Origin: Octopus sinensis
Taxonomy: Eukaryota
DNA length: 64,000 bases
Reading direction: 5' to 3'
Assembly: GCF_006345805.1 (NCBI RefSeq)
Contig: NC_042998.1
Span: 202,120,001 to 202,184,000 of the forward strand
Within the stretch, counting starts at the first letter, position 1, and each line of letters begins with the position of its first letter. The position numbers and the translations under genes are program-made. Under the pieces are notes generated by a model that made no database searches, was not told where the DNA came from, and saw nothing but the letters and a program-made list of their open reading frames with translations. Of this stretch, positions 1 to 12,284 are shown in pieces.

Positions 1-77
1 CCTCCAGCACTTACTATGAGGACACACAGACACACACATATACACACAAACACACACACGCACACATATATATTTAA

Positions 78-355
78 TTCTTCCACTGAATTCAGCCAGT
101 GACTAGGGCCATGCTGGAGCACCACCTTTCCGTGTTTTGGGGTCTCGTTTCGATACGCCTTTTGGTGAACAGGTGAACTGGACGGAGCTGGTCTTCTTTG
201 TAACACCTGGCGTAATGTGGGCTCATCAGAAATTTGTCCAGGTGTTTTTTGCAACGCTTCCACAGGTTCCTTGATTGGATATTAATTAGATGTGGTTCCC
301 TGAAACCCAAGCTGTTGCAATACTGAGTTCTTATCTGAGATCATATTCTTATACT
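78..355 (-). mobile_element. 3' end fragment of CR1/L2-group LINE (family L-A)
   Basis: Minus strand gives degenerate CNSLGFQG...KKHLDKFL..EP, then ggtggtgctccagcatggcc. Same terminal motifs as the copies at 12285, 19370, 49440 and 51701. Confidence 0.7.
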
Positions 356-432
356 CAGATAATGAAGAAAAGAAGGAAAAGGATGAAGAGAGAATACGAA
401 AAATGAGTACAAGACTATATGCGCACACAGAC

Positions 433-450
433 AAACACACACACACCACA

Positions 451-545
<95 letters not shown>

Positions 546-556
546 ACACACATATA
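433..556. repeat. (CA)n/(TA)n compound microsatellite
   Basis: Directly visible. Confidence 0.97.
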
Positions 557-779
557 TATCGCCTAAGATATTGTTTTTATGTGTCTGCATGTATGTATGA
601 ATATATATTTTAGACAGCGCTTTGTTTAGAATATATTTTATAATTGAGAAGATAGATGAATTCTTTGTTGCATTTTGTATTCAATATACAACAAGAACGC
701 GAAAGCAAGTACAATTTCACCTTTGAAGAACGTGTTCACATGATATTTCGAATCATGTTATTATCAGTAAGGAAGAGGT

Positions 780-2125
780 TCGGAGGTGTGAACAGTACCT
801 GAGAAGGGAGGAAGATAGCATTAAGCTGATCCTTCCCACACAGTCAACAGAGGAAAAGCACCTCAAGACAGTTGTGTATAGAACACAGGCGGTGGAGACA
901 AAGAAAATTGAATGGATAAAAAAGGAAGAAATTGAAGAGTGCGTAGGAGAGGCAAAGAAAAAGGCAACTTATGTTAGAAGAGGGAAAAAATTCGGTACGG
1001 TGGAGGTGAGGTTTGCCACAAAGGAAGAGGCGGACACGCGTCAGAGTTAAGATTTCGAGAGTGCTACGAGAAATAAAAACGAAATGGTTGGTTGCAGTGG
1101 TACTGGCGTCTACAGAGGACGAACCGAAACTGGGACCAGTTGGTGAAGCAAATACGTTGAACTAGCGGGGATTTGGAGTGGAAATGTGGCTCGTCGCCAC
1201 AATCGAAGACATCGAGATAATCCCCTACCACATCGTGGTTGAGAACGAAACGATGTTAAATGTTGTAGTGGAGAGAAGGAGACCTAATTGCTATCTATGT
1301 GGAGTACGAGGACGCATAAGCACCGAGAGTCCCTTATATGAATTCAAACAAAGCGAAGAGACAGTGGAAAAGGAACAAAAGAAAGAACAGATGCAGGTGA
1401 AAGTACAAACAGAAGCATAACAATTAGACAAGGACTGTACCCAAAATGATAAAGACCACAAAAAATGTGAAATGAAAGAATCAAAGGCGGAGAGCGAGGG
1501 AGTTATTAGCCCCCAAAGAAGAAAGAGATCAAAGACAAGGGAACACTCAGAAGAAAACAAAAAATATAAGGAGAAATTTGAAGCTAAGAAAAGGCAAGAG
1601 GAAGAAACAGAAAATGAACCGTATAAATTTAAGGGAGCATTTATAACATACAAAAACAATTCGGACACAGAGAGAAGAATAGCGAAAATGAAGGGACTGG
1701 TAAAAGTAAGGCTGTCGGGAGACACTTCTGACTCAAATGATGGCGGTATTTTAGTACCTGAGGAAAGTTACGACAAATTCATGGAGGGCTTCGCAAAGAA
1801 CATAAAACTGGTGAAATGGTGTCGGCTACATGAACGCCCGCCTACCATAAGGGACTATGAGAGACTAAAAAGACAAATTCAATTGTAATTTTTGTGAAAT
1901 TCATTTATGAAAAAGGGAAAGAAAATTGTCGAAATGTAACCACTCGACTTCGGGGATCGAGTGGGCATTGAGCCTCATTTATATCTTTTCATATTTTCAT
2001 TCATTTTCTTTTAAAATGTTTCATCTTAATTCATATTCTTTTTGTATTTTAAGTTCCCCGAGTTTATGTTTGTCTTGTTTGTATTGTCCCATTTGTGTAT
2101 GGCCCCTTGTGGGTAATACAAAATC
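780..2125 (+). mobile_element. Decayed ORF1-only non-LTR element (L1/Tx1-like ORF1, HAL1-like layout)
   Basis: Frames give VVYRTQAVETKKIEWIKKEEIEEC...FGTVEVRFATKEEA (RRM-like) and VVVERRRPNCYLCGVRGRISTESP (degenerate CX2CX4HX4C knuckle), then a K/E-rich tail ending at 1888. A T-rich 3' region ends in gccccttgtgggtaata. No ORF2 in between. Confidence 0.6.
850..1888 (+). pseudogene. Disrupted gag-like ORF1 (RRM-like region plus degenerate zinc knuckle)
   Basis: Track ORFs 1178-1420 and 1472-1888 plus upstream frames, broken by stops and frameshifts. Knuckle His and last Cys replaced by R and S. Confidence 0.55.
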
Positions 2126-2131
2126 GTTTTA

Positions 2132-2217
2132 TTACTTGCCCCTGACGAAGGAGTCATCATCGTAATGCACCCTCTTGCATTAAATACGCTGATGAAACCC
2201 CTGCAATGGTCATAGGT
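2132..2217 (+). ncRNA. Degenerate hammerhead-like motif
   Basis: CTGACGA (2142-2148), long hairpin, GAAAC, ACC/GGT stem and GTC triplet (2209-2211). Stem I is poor. Confidence 0.25.
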
Positions 2218-2639
2218 ACTGTAAATGTTTTTTTCCTTTTCTTCCTTGAACACTGACTTTTTTAATAGGTTTTCCCCTTATCTTAAAAATTAACTTTTAA
2301 TCGAAAAAATGTTTAATTGATGAACTTTTATCTTACATTATATATTATATATATCTGTTTTCTTATATCTACGTATTTTCATATTTTTATATTTTTATAT
2401 ATTTATTATTCTAGATGTTATAATGTTAAAAAAAAATTTTTTAGACGCTGAAGTATTAATTTTTTAATTGCGATAGAATGTACTCACAAATTGTTTTATA
2501 TGCTTGTCTAAATGAATTATTGCTTCATCTTCTGTGATTTTATGCCTCTGTATTCTATGTATAAGAAAAAGCATTATGTGATTAAATGTTCGAGATGTGA
2601 TATGTTAGGTGGATGACCTTAAATCTGTTGTTTGTTCTA

Positions 2640-2674
2640 CAAGTTTGTATATATGTACATATATATATGTATAT

Positions 2675-2740
<66 letters not shown>

Positions 2741-2756
2741 TATATATATAATATAT

Positions 2757-2818
<62 letters not shown>

Positions 2819-2860
2819 TGTATATATGTTTATATATGTACATATATATATGTGTGTATA
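2640..2860. repeat. (TA)n-rich microsatellite
   Basis: Directly visible. Confidence 0.97.
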
Positions 2861-3056
2861 TGTGTCTTTGTTTGTACACACACCATTGCTTGATAACCGA
2901 TGTTGCTGTGTTTACATTCCCATAACTATGCGGTTCGGCAAAAGGCACTGACAAAATAAGTAGAAGACTTACAAAGAATAAATCTTGTAGTCGATGTTTT
3001 CGACCAAAGGCGGTGTTCCTCCATCTCTGCAGTCACATAACTGAAACAAGTAAAAC
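2860..3056 (+). mobile_element. SINE family A, diverged 3' half
   Basis: attgcttgataaccgatg...gcggttcggcaaaag...cgaccaaaggcggtg...actgaaacaagtaaaa matches the 3' half of 13422-13847. Confidence 0.8.
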
Positions 3057-3081
3057 AATAGAAAACACATGCCATTTTAAT

Positions 3082-3104
3082 CCCGAGCAATGCCGGGTTA
3101 CTAG
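3082..3104 (+). mobile_element. Solo Helitron-type 3' terminus
   Basis: cccgagcaatgccggg hairpin followed by ttaCTAG|T. The hairpin is nearly identical to that of the four Helitron copies. Confidence 0.5.
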
Positions 3105-3789
3105 TAAGTTATGAATACCCAAATTGTGAAGTCAGTTATGTAATAACATGCAATTAATTAACCTATAGTAAGAATTCAAATAAAGTAGCCCCAAAACGGG
3201 CTTTAATGCGTTCCCAAAGTATATAGATTTTAGGGGAAATACTAATAAGGTATGAATACTAAAAACGTGAAACGTGTTACGTAATAACAGGCTAATCAGA
3301 TATGAGATAGTAACAATTCAAAGTAATTAAACTGTGGAAAAATGCTGAGAATATTACCCCCAGGGGCGCTAGTGTTGGAATATTCGTGAATAAGTCACTA
3401 ACCGAAATAAGTGGATCTATTTTTTAAGAGAATACTATTTGTTTAAGCGTTATACTGGATATATTCAGAAAATAAATAAAATAGTTCAAATACTAAGAAA
3501 TAAGCATATTGAAAATGAAATCTGGTTATCTTCCTTGGAGGTTATTTCCAAGAGGAAATGGGTTATTCCCCTTGGAAGCTTAAAAATAATTACTATCTCC
3601 GTTCACTCGCACCCAAATCTCATTGCTCCCACCGTTTACCCGAACCTATTTTCGAAATCAATTTATGCTTAAAACCTCTCCACACACAAGAAATATGCGT
3701 GTGAAGTATTTTAAGAAAAATTGGTCTAGATGTTTTGGCACGAAACGAGGACATACCGATACAAACACACACACAGATATTTTCAGTTT

Positions 3790-3796
3790 TAATATG

Positions 3797-3832
<36 letters not shown>

Positions 3833-3911
3833 AAATTAAAGATAACTTAACAAATAAATATATGTGTGCGCGCGTGTGACCGTGTGTGTGTTTGCATCTG
3901 TTTATATATGT

Positions 3912-3995
<84 letters not shown>
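3790..3995. repeat. (TA)n/(TG)n microsatellites
   Basis: Directly visible. Confidence 0.95.
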
Positions 3996-4519
3996 CTATG
4001 GAAAAACTGGATTGTCTGTCCTTCGGGCGCATTCAGTTATTTAACATCTGCCATTACAGTGAAACATCGAACTAAAATAAAAACAGCCTGTTGCAACAAG
4101 AAAATATACAAAAATACACGCACACAATACGCGCAAACATACACACGTATATGTATATATATGTATATATATATATATGTGCGTGTGGTTTGCACACACA
4201 ACCATTCACACAATTTAGTGTGATCAGCGACTCACATTACAACATTTTAATAAATGTTGTAGTATTCCCACATATTTCAGTATCATAAGAAAATTATAAT
4301 AAAAAAAAAATTGCTGTCTCTTTACTTTGCTCTTTTATTCGCCTACATATTTTTATAGAAAACTTGCATTTTGGAAAATTGTCATTTAAAATAAAGTGTA
4401 ATCATTTGACTGACATTCATTAGAAGACCTTCTGTTCGTTTCTCTCTCTCTCTCTCTTATCTCCATCTTTCTCTCCCTCCTTCAGTCTCTCCAGATATAT
4501 AAATCTGTTTTTCCTTGTA

Positions 4520-4645
<126 letters not shown>

Positions 4646-4646
4646 T

Positions 4647-4842
4647 TGTCAATCCAGAACATGAACAAGAAAGAAAAACAACAACGTGAGGACATGGAAT
4701 AAGAAGGACAAATGTTATTCGACGTTCAGGAAAGGAAAGAAATGAAAGAGGATTTCACGTTTCGAGCGGAGCTCTACATCAGAAATATAGAAAAAGGTCC
4801 AAAGGGAAGACAGAGAAAGAAAATTGCCGACGATTCCCGCGT
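4647..4842 (-). mobile_element. ~200-bp Penelope-related non-autonomous element H1 with hammerhead-like motif
   Basis: Reverse complement aligns with 39612-39815 and 53758-53955. Contains attt-CTGATGT-A-GAG(ctccg)CTC-GAAACGTG-aaat at 4752-4786. Confidence 0.7.
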
Positions 4843-4995
4843 GGTGTGTGTGTGTGTGTGTGTGAGTGTGTGTGTGTGTGTGTGTGAGTGTGTGTGTGTG
4901 TGTTGTGTGTGTGTGTGTGTGTGTGTGTGTGAGTATATATGTGTCTGTGTGTATTTGTGTAAATATGTATATATATATATATATATACATATATA

Positions 4996-5585
4996 TTAGG
5001 TTGTCAAAAAACTTCTTGCGAAATTTATAATTTTGGTTTATATGAGGTATTTTCGAAGTAATTGTCGTTAAATTACTCTGACTTAATATACCGTTTTAAA
5101 GCCCGTTTTCCGCTCTATCTAATCCTGTCACTCCAGAAGCACTGTCAGCAAATGGATGAAATGCATAAGAAACTCTGACAACAACAACCAGCATTGGTCA
5201 ACAGAAAAGGACCAATTCGTCTCCACGACAACGCTCGACCGCACGTTGCACAACTGGCCCTGCAGAAGTTGAATGAATTGGGCTACAAAACTCAGCCCCA
5301 TCCGCCATACTCACCAGACTGCACGCCTACTAACTACCACTTTTTCAACCATCTCCGCAACCTCCTCCGTGAGAAATGTTTCAGAAACCAAGACGATGCC
5401 AAACACGCCTTCAACGACCAGTACGCAGCCTTTTTACTCTACCTGGCATAAATAAACTTGTTTCGGGTTGGCAAAAGTGTGCTGATTCTGATGGTGTTTA
5501 TTTGATTAACAATTTTTTTTGTAGCCGATATATGTGCATCTGGATTTAAAGGTTAAAAACCGCAAGAACTTTCTTGACAACCTAA
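4996..5585 (+). mobile_element. Internally deleted mariner (DD34D-type) transposon
   Basis: TIRs ttaggttgtcaaaaaacttcttgcg / cgcaagaactttcttgacaacctaa with TA flanks at 4994-4995 and 5586-5587. Internal transposase C-terminus with HDNARPH and HPPYSPD. Confidence 0.93.
5130..5451 (+). pseudogene. Mariner transposase C-terminal remnant
   Basis: QQMDEMHKKL*QQQPALVNRKGPIRLHDNARPHVAQ...HPPYSPDCTPTNYHFF. The third catalytic Asp position reads N; N-terminus absent. Confidence 0.88.
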
Positions 5586-6279
5586 TATATATGTGAGGTA
5601 GTTCTCAGTTTTATCCATCTTGGCTCTCATACTCGAAATATTTATATTGGCTTACCTGAGATGAAGGGCTGATTACAAACGCAGTTCGAAATATTTTTCT
5701 CGACAAACCTAAGCAACGGATGCCACATAAAGTCTCAGGAATTTCCAAAGTGTATTATAGTTGAATTTTTCATAGTCACGGGCAGTATACAGAGAATGTG
5801 TTTTGGTTTTTCTGTAGCTGAAGTGATTGACTATAGAATACACAGAATTGAAAATCTATATGTATATTCAATACAGCATTAGTAAAACTTTTGTGTAAAA
5901 AAAAAAACACTTCAGAGATAAATGGCTGCAAGTCACTCAGTTTCAAGAATATAGAAATACTTTCATTTTATATCCCTGATCGTAATTCGTATATATGAAT
6001 GCCAGTCCATCAAGGGAGACATAAACTAAGCAAAACACAGCATATACAATAGTAGGAAATTTGAAGCAACATTCCACAAATCAGTGAGTGTTTCACTTCA
6101 GTAAAAAATTGGCACAGTGAAAAATAAAGGGAAGTGTAGGACAAGGTAACTATAGGATAACCTAAACGAAGCGTGTTAAAAAGAAGTCTCACGTGAATTC
6201 TCTTAAAACATCGGGTTTCAGATATTACTCCTGTATAAAGTCCCATGATGTACATACGTATGTATCTATGTATGTATAC

Positions 6280-6289
6280 CCCCCATATG

Positions 6290-6357
<68 letters not shown>

Positions 6358-6450
6358 CATATATATATACACATATAGATGCATATATTGATATATATGC
6401 ATATGTATATGTATGTACAAGTATGTAAACCTATATATATATATATTATA

Positions 6451-6503
<53 letters not shown>

Positions 6504-6504
6504 G

Positions 6505-6535
<31 letters not shown>

Positions 6536-6589
6536 ACATGTATATATATATATAAATATATACATATATATGTATGTATGTATCAATAC

Positions 6590-6625
<36 letters not shown>

Positions 6626-7352
6626 GTATATATATACATGTACGTGTGTGTATGATATTACATACATACAGACACATAAACAAACATACAACAGATATCA
6701 TCACACAAATAAACAGACAAAGAAGACTAGGGTGCCAATGAGACAAAATCGATGACGTCGCTAAAAATCCAACCATCGTTAGTCGGTATAGTACAAAAAA
6801 TAAAATACATATTTTAAATTCAGCATATGTTTCAGATTTTGTTTTCAAATATCCCAGTAGTGTTGTAGACATACCTCCTTTCTTTTATCTCTATTCTACC
6901 CTAGCAATATTCCCCTTGCCTAACATCGCATTATTAATGCAGAGTTACACGTCTCATACACGTACATCTAACACAAAAAGGAAGTAAAACAAATCGGTAA
7001 TGCTCTCCAAATATACATGCACTTTCATAATTTAAAAATTTTATTTTTGTTCCTCCTTAGCGAGAATTTGTATTTGTATAAGTTAATATAGTGGATATTT
7101 ATTTTATAATATCCATCGTTTTAAGCTAACTTCAAACGCTTCTCAACTTTATACATAATATTCAAGCAGCAACAAAACAAAGGGTCTGCATTTAGTACTG
7201 CTATGGGTAAATGAAGCTTAGTTTCCACTACAGTAACCGACTTAAAAGTCTAATCTATTTTGAAGCACCATGTTTAAATGCCTTGGGATAAGGTTTCTGC
7301 ATGGATTTCACCCAATACGATTCGCACATGCATTAAAGCTAGTGAATCTCTT

Positions 7353-7384
<32 letters not shown>

Positions 7385-7393
7385 CATATCTAC

Positions 7394-7433
<40 letters not shown>

Positions 7434-7482
7434 GTATCTATCTATCTATCTATCTATCTATATCTATCTATCTATCTGTCTG

Positions 7483-7527
<45 letters not shown>

Positions 7528-7544
7528 ATATATATATATATATA

Positions 7545-7592
<48 letters not shown>

Positions 7593-7601
7593 AATATATA
7601 C

Positions 7602-7657
<56 letters not shown>

Positions 7658-8040
7658 ACATACATATATATATGTGCAAAGATATATATATATATATATA
7701 TATGGTCATGTATACATACATGCATTCATTCATACATATGTATATGTGTAAATATATATATATTTGTGTGTGCCTTTGCGTGTTAGTGTGTATGTATATG
7801 TATTTAGGTGCATAGTTGTGCACATATTGGGATATATCCATATACACATATACATATAACTATATACACACACACACACACACACATATATATATGTATA
7901 TATATATATTATATATATATATATATACATACATAAATACATACCTACCCGTATATAATATATACGAATGTATGTGTGTATGTACGTATGCGTGAATGTA
8001 TATGCACGTGTCCATGTTTCTGTGTGTGAATGAATGTCGG

Positions 8041-8098
<58 letters not shown>

Positions 8099-8101
8099 AT
8101 A

Positions 8102-8155
<54 letters not shown>

Positions 8156-8160
8156 TGCAT
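6280..8160. repeat. Microsatellite field: (TA)n, (TG)n, (CA)n, (TATC)n
   Basis: Directly visible; source of many spurious YI/HT/CV/LSIY ORFs. Confidence 0.93.
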
Positions 8161-8559
8161 GTGTGTAAGTGTATCTGCATGATTCCCCGTTTGGAAATGC
8201 AGATAAAAAGGAAAAGGGCGAATGAGAAAAATAAAAAAAAGCATCAAAGAAAGGAAATTTGACGATTGAGAAAAGAAGGTGAACATCATGATTTAAACGA
8301 TTACAGTCTAAACAAAATCATAAAATATGAAATACTGGACAATATAATATTTGCTTTTTTGTGTTGTTTTAATTTTATTCACTTGCTGCAGCGAAACTGT
8401 GAGTGAGCATTCATATATTTAATGGCGTTGCATGTTTGACATTTTGCAGCCATAACGCTCTATTATCAGATCTCCTATATCTACAATGATGTGGGTTCGA
8501 TTATGGGATATTTCGTTGCTAGATTTAGAAATTGGAGAGACTGAATATTGGCTTGTTCC

Positions 8560-8832
8560 TTAGTTAGTTAGTTAGCTAGTTAGTTACTTTTTGGCTCAAA
8601 AAGCAAAAAGCAAGGCCATGTAGGGGGACATGGAGTTATGTACTGGGTGGTGTTCATGTAAAGGGTTCAGGCCACTTGAGGTCAAGGGAGACTTTGGACA
8701 AAGCGGTTGTCGGCATCTTCACCATTTCGTCTGGTAGCTTGTTCCACGGATCCGCAACCCGGACGGAGAAACCCCCTCTCCTTCGATTGAGATGAAATCG
8801 TCGCAGATAGAGCTTTTGGGAATGACCCCGCA
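8560..8832 (-). mobile_element. Short 5'-truncated copy of the CR1-group LINE at 34933-38076
   Basis: Reverse complement aligns to 37815-38076 (RGHSQKLYLRRFHLNRRRGGFSVRVADPWNKLP), including the 3'UTR and (CTAA)n tail. Confidence 0.95.
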
Positions 8833-11509
8833 TTAGTGTGGATAAACAGGAATGCACTTATTGTGTACTATATATTTGACAGTCAAAATGGCGAAGTAAA
8901 TATCCAGAAGTGGAGAAGTGAAACACAAAACTATGCGACATCTGCATTTCGATGTTTAAAAACGCCATGCCATGTTTTACAGATGGGAATGTCGTTATAT
9001 GTTAAAACCAAGAGTCTGAGAAAATTAATGAGAGTCTCCACCGATTGATCCTGTACTTTGTATATTGGCAACAAATTCTTTCGTAATAAAGAGTAGGAAA
9101 GGCGGACGTTTGGAGGCATAATCTTAAAGTGTATTATTTATGCATAAACACACATGAGAAATGATGGTGAAGAGGAAGGGCGACTAAACTTTAACATACA
9201 CAAAGTGGTTATCTGTCCGAACATGTTGCTGAGACGCAATTATATATGTCTTACCATACAACTAGGTAAGCTTTCAAATACGTAGGTGCATTGGTGCTTA
9301 TACCTACTTAAATATGTGTACACACACATAGACATCAATACAAGATCGCAAAATACAGAAAGTATAAGATAGGGATGTAGGGAAGAAGAAAGATGAGAGA
9401 AAAAAAAAAGGCTATTATGGATTTGCTAGAGAAAAAGGAAAAGAAGATAGAAGGGACAAGTTAATGACATAATCATTTTTTCCAAAGAAGCAGTATGTCA
9501 CAATAGTTCGTTTTAAAACTGTTTCTGTAATTATTTGTGGCTGCTCTCGATATTTCTAGATCATTTGCTCCGCATACAAATACAGTGACAGTTCTAATTT
9601 TCATTATTCTTGTAGATGTATTGTGTGAGCTTCATGTTATATACATTTTCCTTGAGCTTGTATATATTTCTGAGTATGTCTGAATATTTGAATTTGGATT
9701 CAGTTTGCTATGTTCGCTGCCGAATGGAATTTACTATGATTGGGTAGAACATTCTGTTTTTTGGAGATGAATTCAAGTTGTAAATGAGATTTATTTTTGT
9801 TAATATGTATTTAGGTATATAGACTGAATACTCGTGGTGACTTAATGCTGTTTTCATTCACACTAAAATCTTCTGGAGAAATCGAGAAAAGTGACGTGAA
9901 GATGAAACTATGACTATGAGATATAACGACATAGTTTTACACAAGACTGCTCTCCACTATAGAAACTTAATTTTTAGCTTGCATTGCCAAAACCCAACAT
10001 GAGGTCTACTGATCCCAAAACGAATAGAGTGTTACATTCATGAGTTTCTTCTCAGTTTCCTTTAGTCTATCAAATTTTATTTAATTCTTCAGTCGAGCCG
10101 ACAGCATATTTTCAACTTTACACGTTGTATTTATCAAGCGACACTATAGAGATGAACTGAGCCAGAGTTGCTTGAATCGATATAAAACTGTATAAACAAA
10201 AAGTTATTTATACTTACATATATTTGATTCAGGCTATTGGAAATTCACTCTTAATATCTGTCATATATTTGTCTTCAGTGTATTCAAATCAAATCCGAAT
10301 CCGTTTTTGAAGCACGTCGGAATATATGCCTGTAACAAATCTGAATCGTATCGCACGAACATGAAGTAAAATAAAGGAACGTGTCAGAAACACATTTATC
10401 ATAGGCTCCTCAAGCAGGGCTAAACTTGGACTAAAGACAAGAGAACAGATTTATGATATGACAATGTTTATATATAAACAGCGAAGAAAACACTTTGTAT
10501 TGAAACAGCGTTTATCCTTTTTTCTACATTGCATGTATCATTTTATTTTCATTAAGTGAAAGATGATGACACCTTTTATCAGGAGTCTACTCAAAGGAAA
10601 AGGGCAGCCCCTACATATATTTTACCAGAGCTTCTGAGGCCGGTGTCGAAATGCGAAGAATAAATCGAATCCATACAACAAAGTGAATTCTACTAAAAGA
10701 ACCCATTTCTAGATGTTTATCTTAAATAAAGTCATGGATTAAGTCTACCGCGGAAGAAGAGCCTCAATATACTCGGCACTATGTTACAGACATTATTTAA
10801 TAGATACAAAACCATGTTCCAGTTGCTACATATTGAGACGGAACTACGTATCCCGTGATTGCGAAAGGAACTTCTTGAATATTCGAACATGCATATGGCG
10901 TCCTATATTACGAAAATATTTGCTCAGAACGAGCTGTAAAAGTATTTGAACTGCTTAACAAACCGTCTAACAAGGAAAGTGTAATTTCTCACGACGTCAC
11001 TAACATTGATTTTATTTTCATTTCATTTTGCTGCTTGTAACTGTGTACCAATGACCTGTATTTATTAAAACGTGTGGACATCTTTGTTTGCGACCATTTT
11101 ATTTAGTTCTCAATAAAACATATGGCAAATCTGAGACGCAGTAACGTTAATCAGAACTAGTAAACGAACCAAACATTCGGCTTAGGTTAGGTTCACCTCC
11201 AACAATCTCCGACTTTCTTATTAGGAACCTATTTATATGACATTAAATTCGTAAAAACAAAAGAAAAAAAAATAACATATTTTTCTTCTTAAAAATATAG
11301 GAATCTATTTCCAAGTTATAGTTTATTTTTATTGCCTGAAATTCTTTAAAAAAAAATTATATATTTTATATATCAATATATCCAATATATGTAATCTAAA
11401 CAGGAATACGTAAATTCTATATTAAAACCACAGTATCACAATAACTGAATAAATAGAGGTATTACTATTACTACGCTACAACGACTATAGAAAATAAAAA
11501 TTGTAAAAA

Positions 11510-11529
11510 TCAACAACAACAACAACAAC

Positions 11530-11584
<55 letters not shown>

Positions 11585-11605
11585 GTAATAATAATAGTAA
11601 TAATA

Positions 11606-11662
<57 letters not shown>

Positions 11663-11704
11663 TATAGTAATAATAATAATAACAATAATGATAATAATAA
11701 TAAC

Positions 11705-11747
<43 letters not shown>

Positions 11748-11790
11748 GTAATAATAATAATAACAATAATGATAATAATAATAGCAGCAA
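11510..11790. repeat. (AAC)n/(AAT)n trinucleotide repeat
   Basis: Directly visible. Confidence 0.97.
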
Positions 11791-12284
11791 TAAGTAAGTA
11801 ATGATAATGAAAATTTAACAATGATGTTGTTGTTTTTATTATTATTATTGTTGTTATTGTTGTTGTTATGAGAAATAGCAACAGCAACAAAAAAATATAG
11901 CTGGTGAAAAAAGTAATGATATTAATAATAAAATTCTATGATGTCAACAAATTTTCTCTCTCGTATAGAAATAGAATTACAAAACAATGACTATGTCTTC
12001 TGCATAGATTGTTTATTTGTCTGTTTATGGGAAATGTGTATGATTAATATTTATTTTACGCTATGTTTATTGTCTAAGACACACACGGCAAAAATAACGA
12101 ACAAAGGAAATTTATGAATAAGAGAAATACCTGTAGCGATAAGAACAGCGGTTACCTGGACAGAGACCAACAGCAATATCAAGCATAAAGGAACAGTCTT
12201 AGCAATGATGTTATTAGGAAAAGAACTAATATTAATGGTATCAATGCTACGAAGAACTGTGACAGCAATAATATTACTAAGTGT

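Noticed and set aside
9500-10150. Possible very old LINE RT remnant on minus (MFYPIIVN..., NIYKLKE)
   Set aside because: Similarity is too weak to support by eye.
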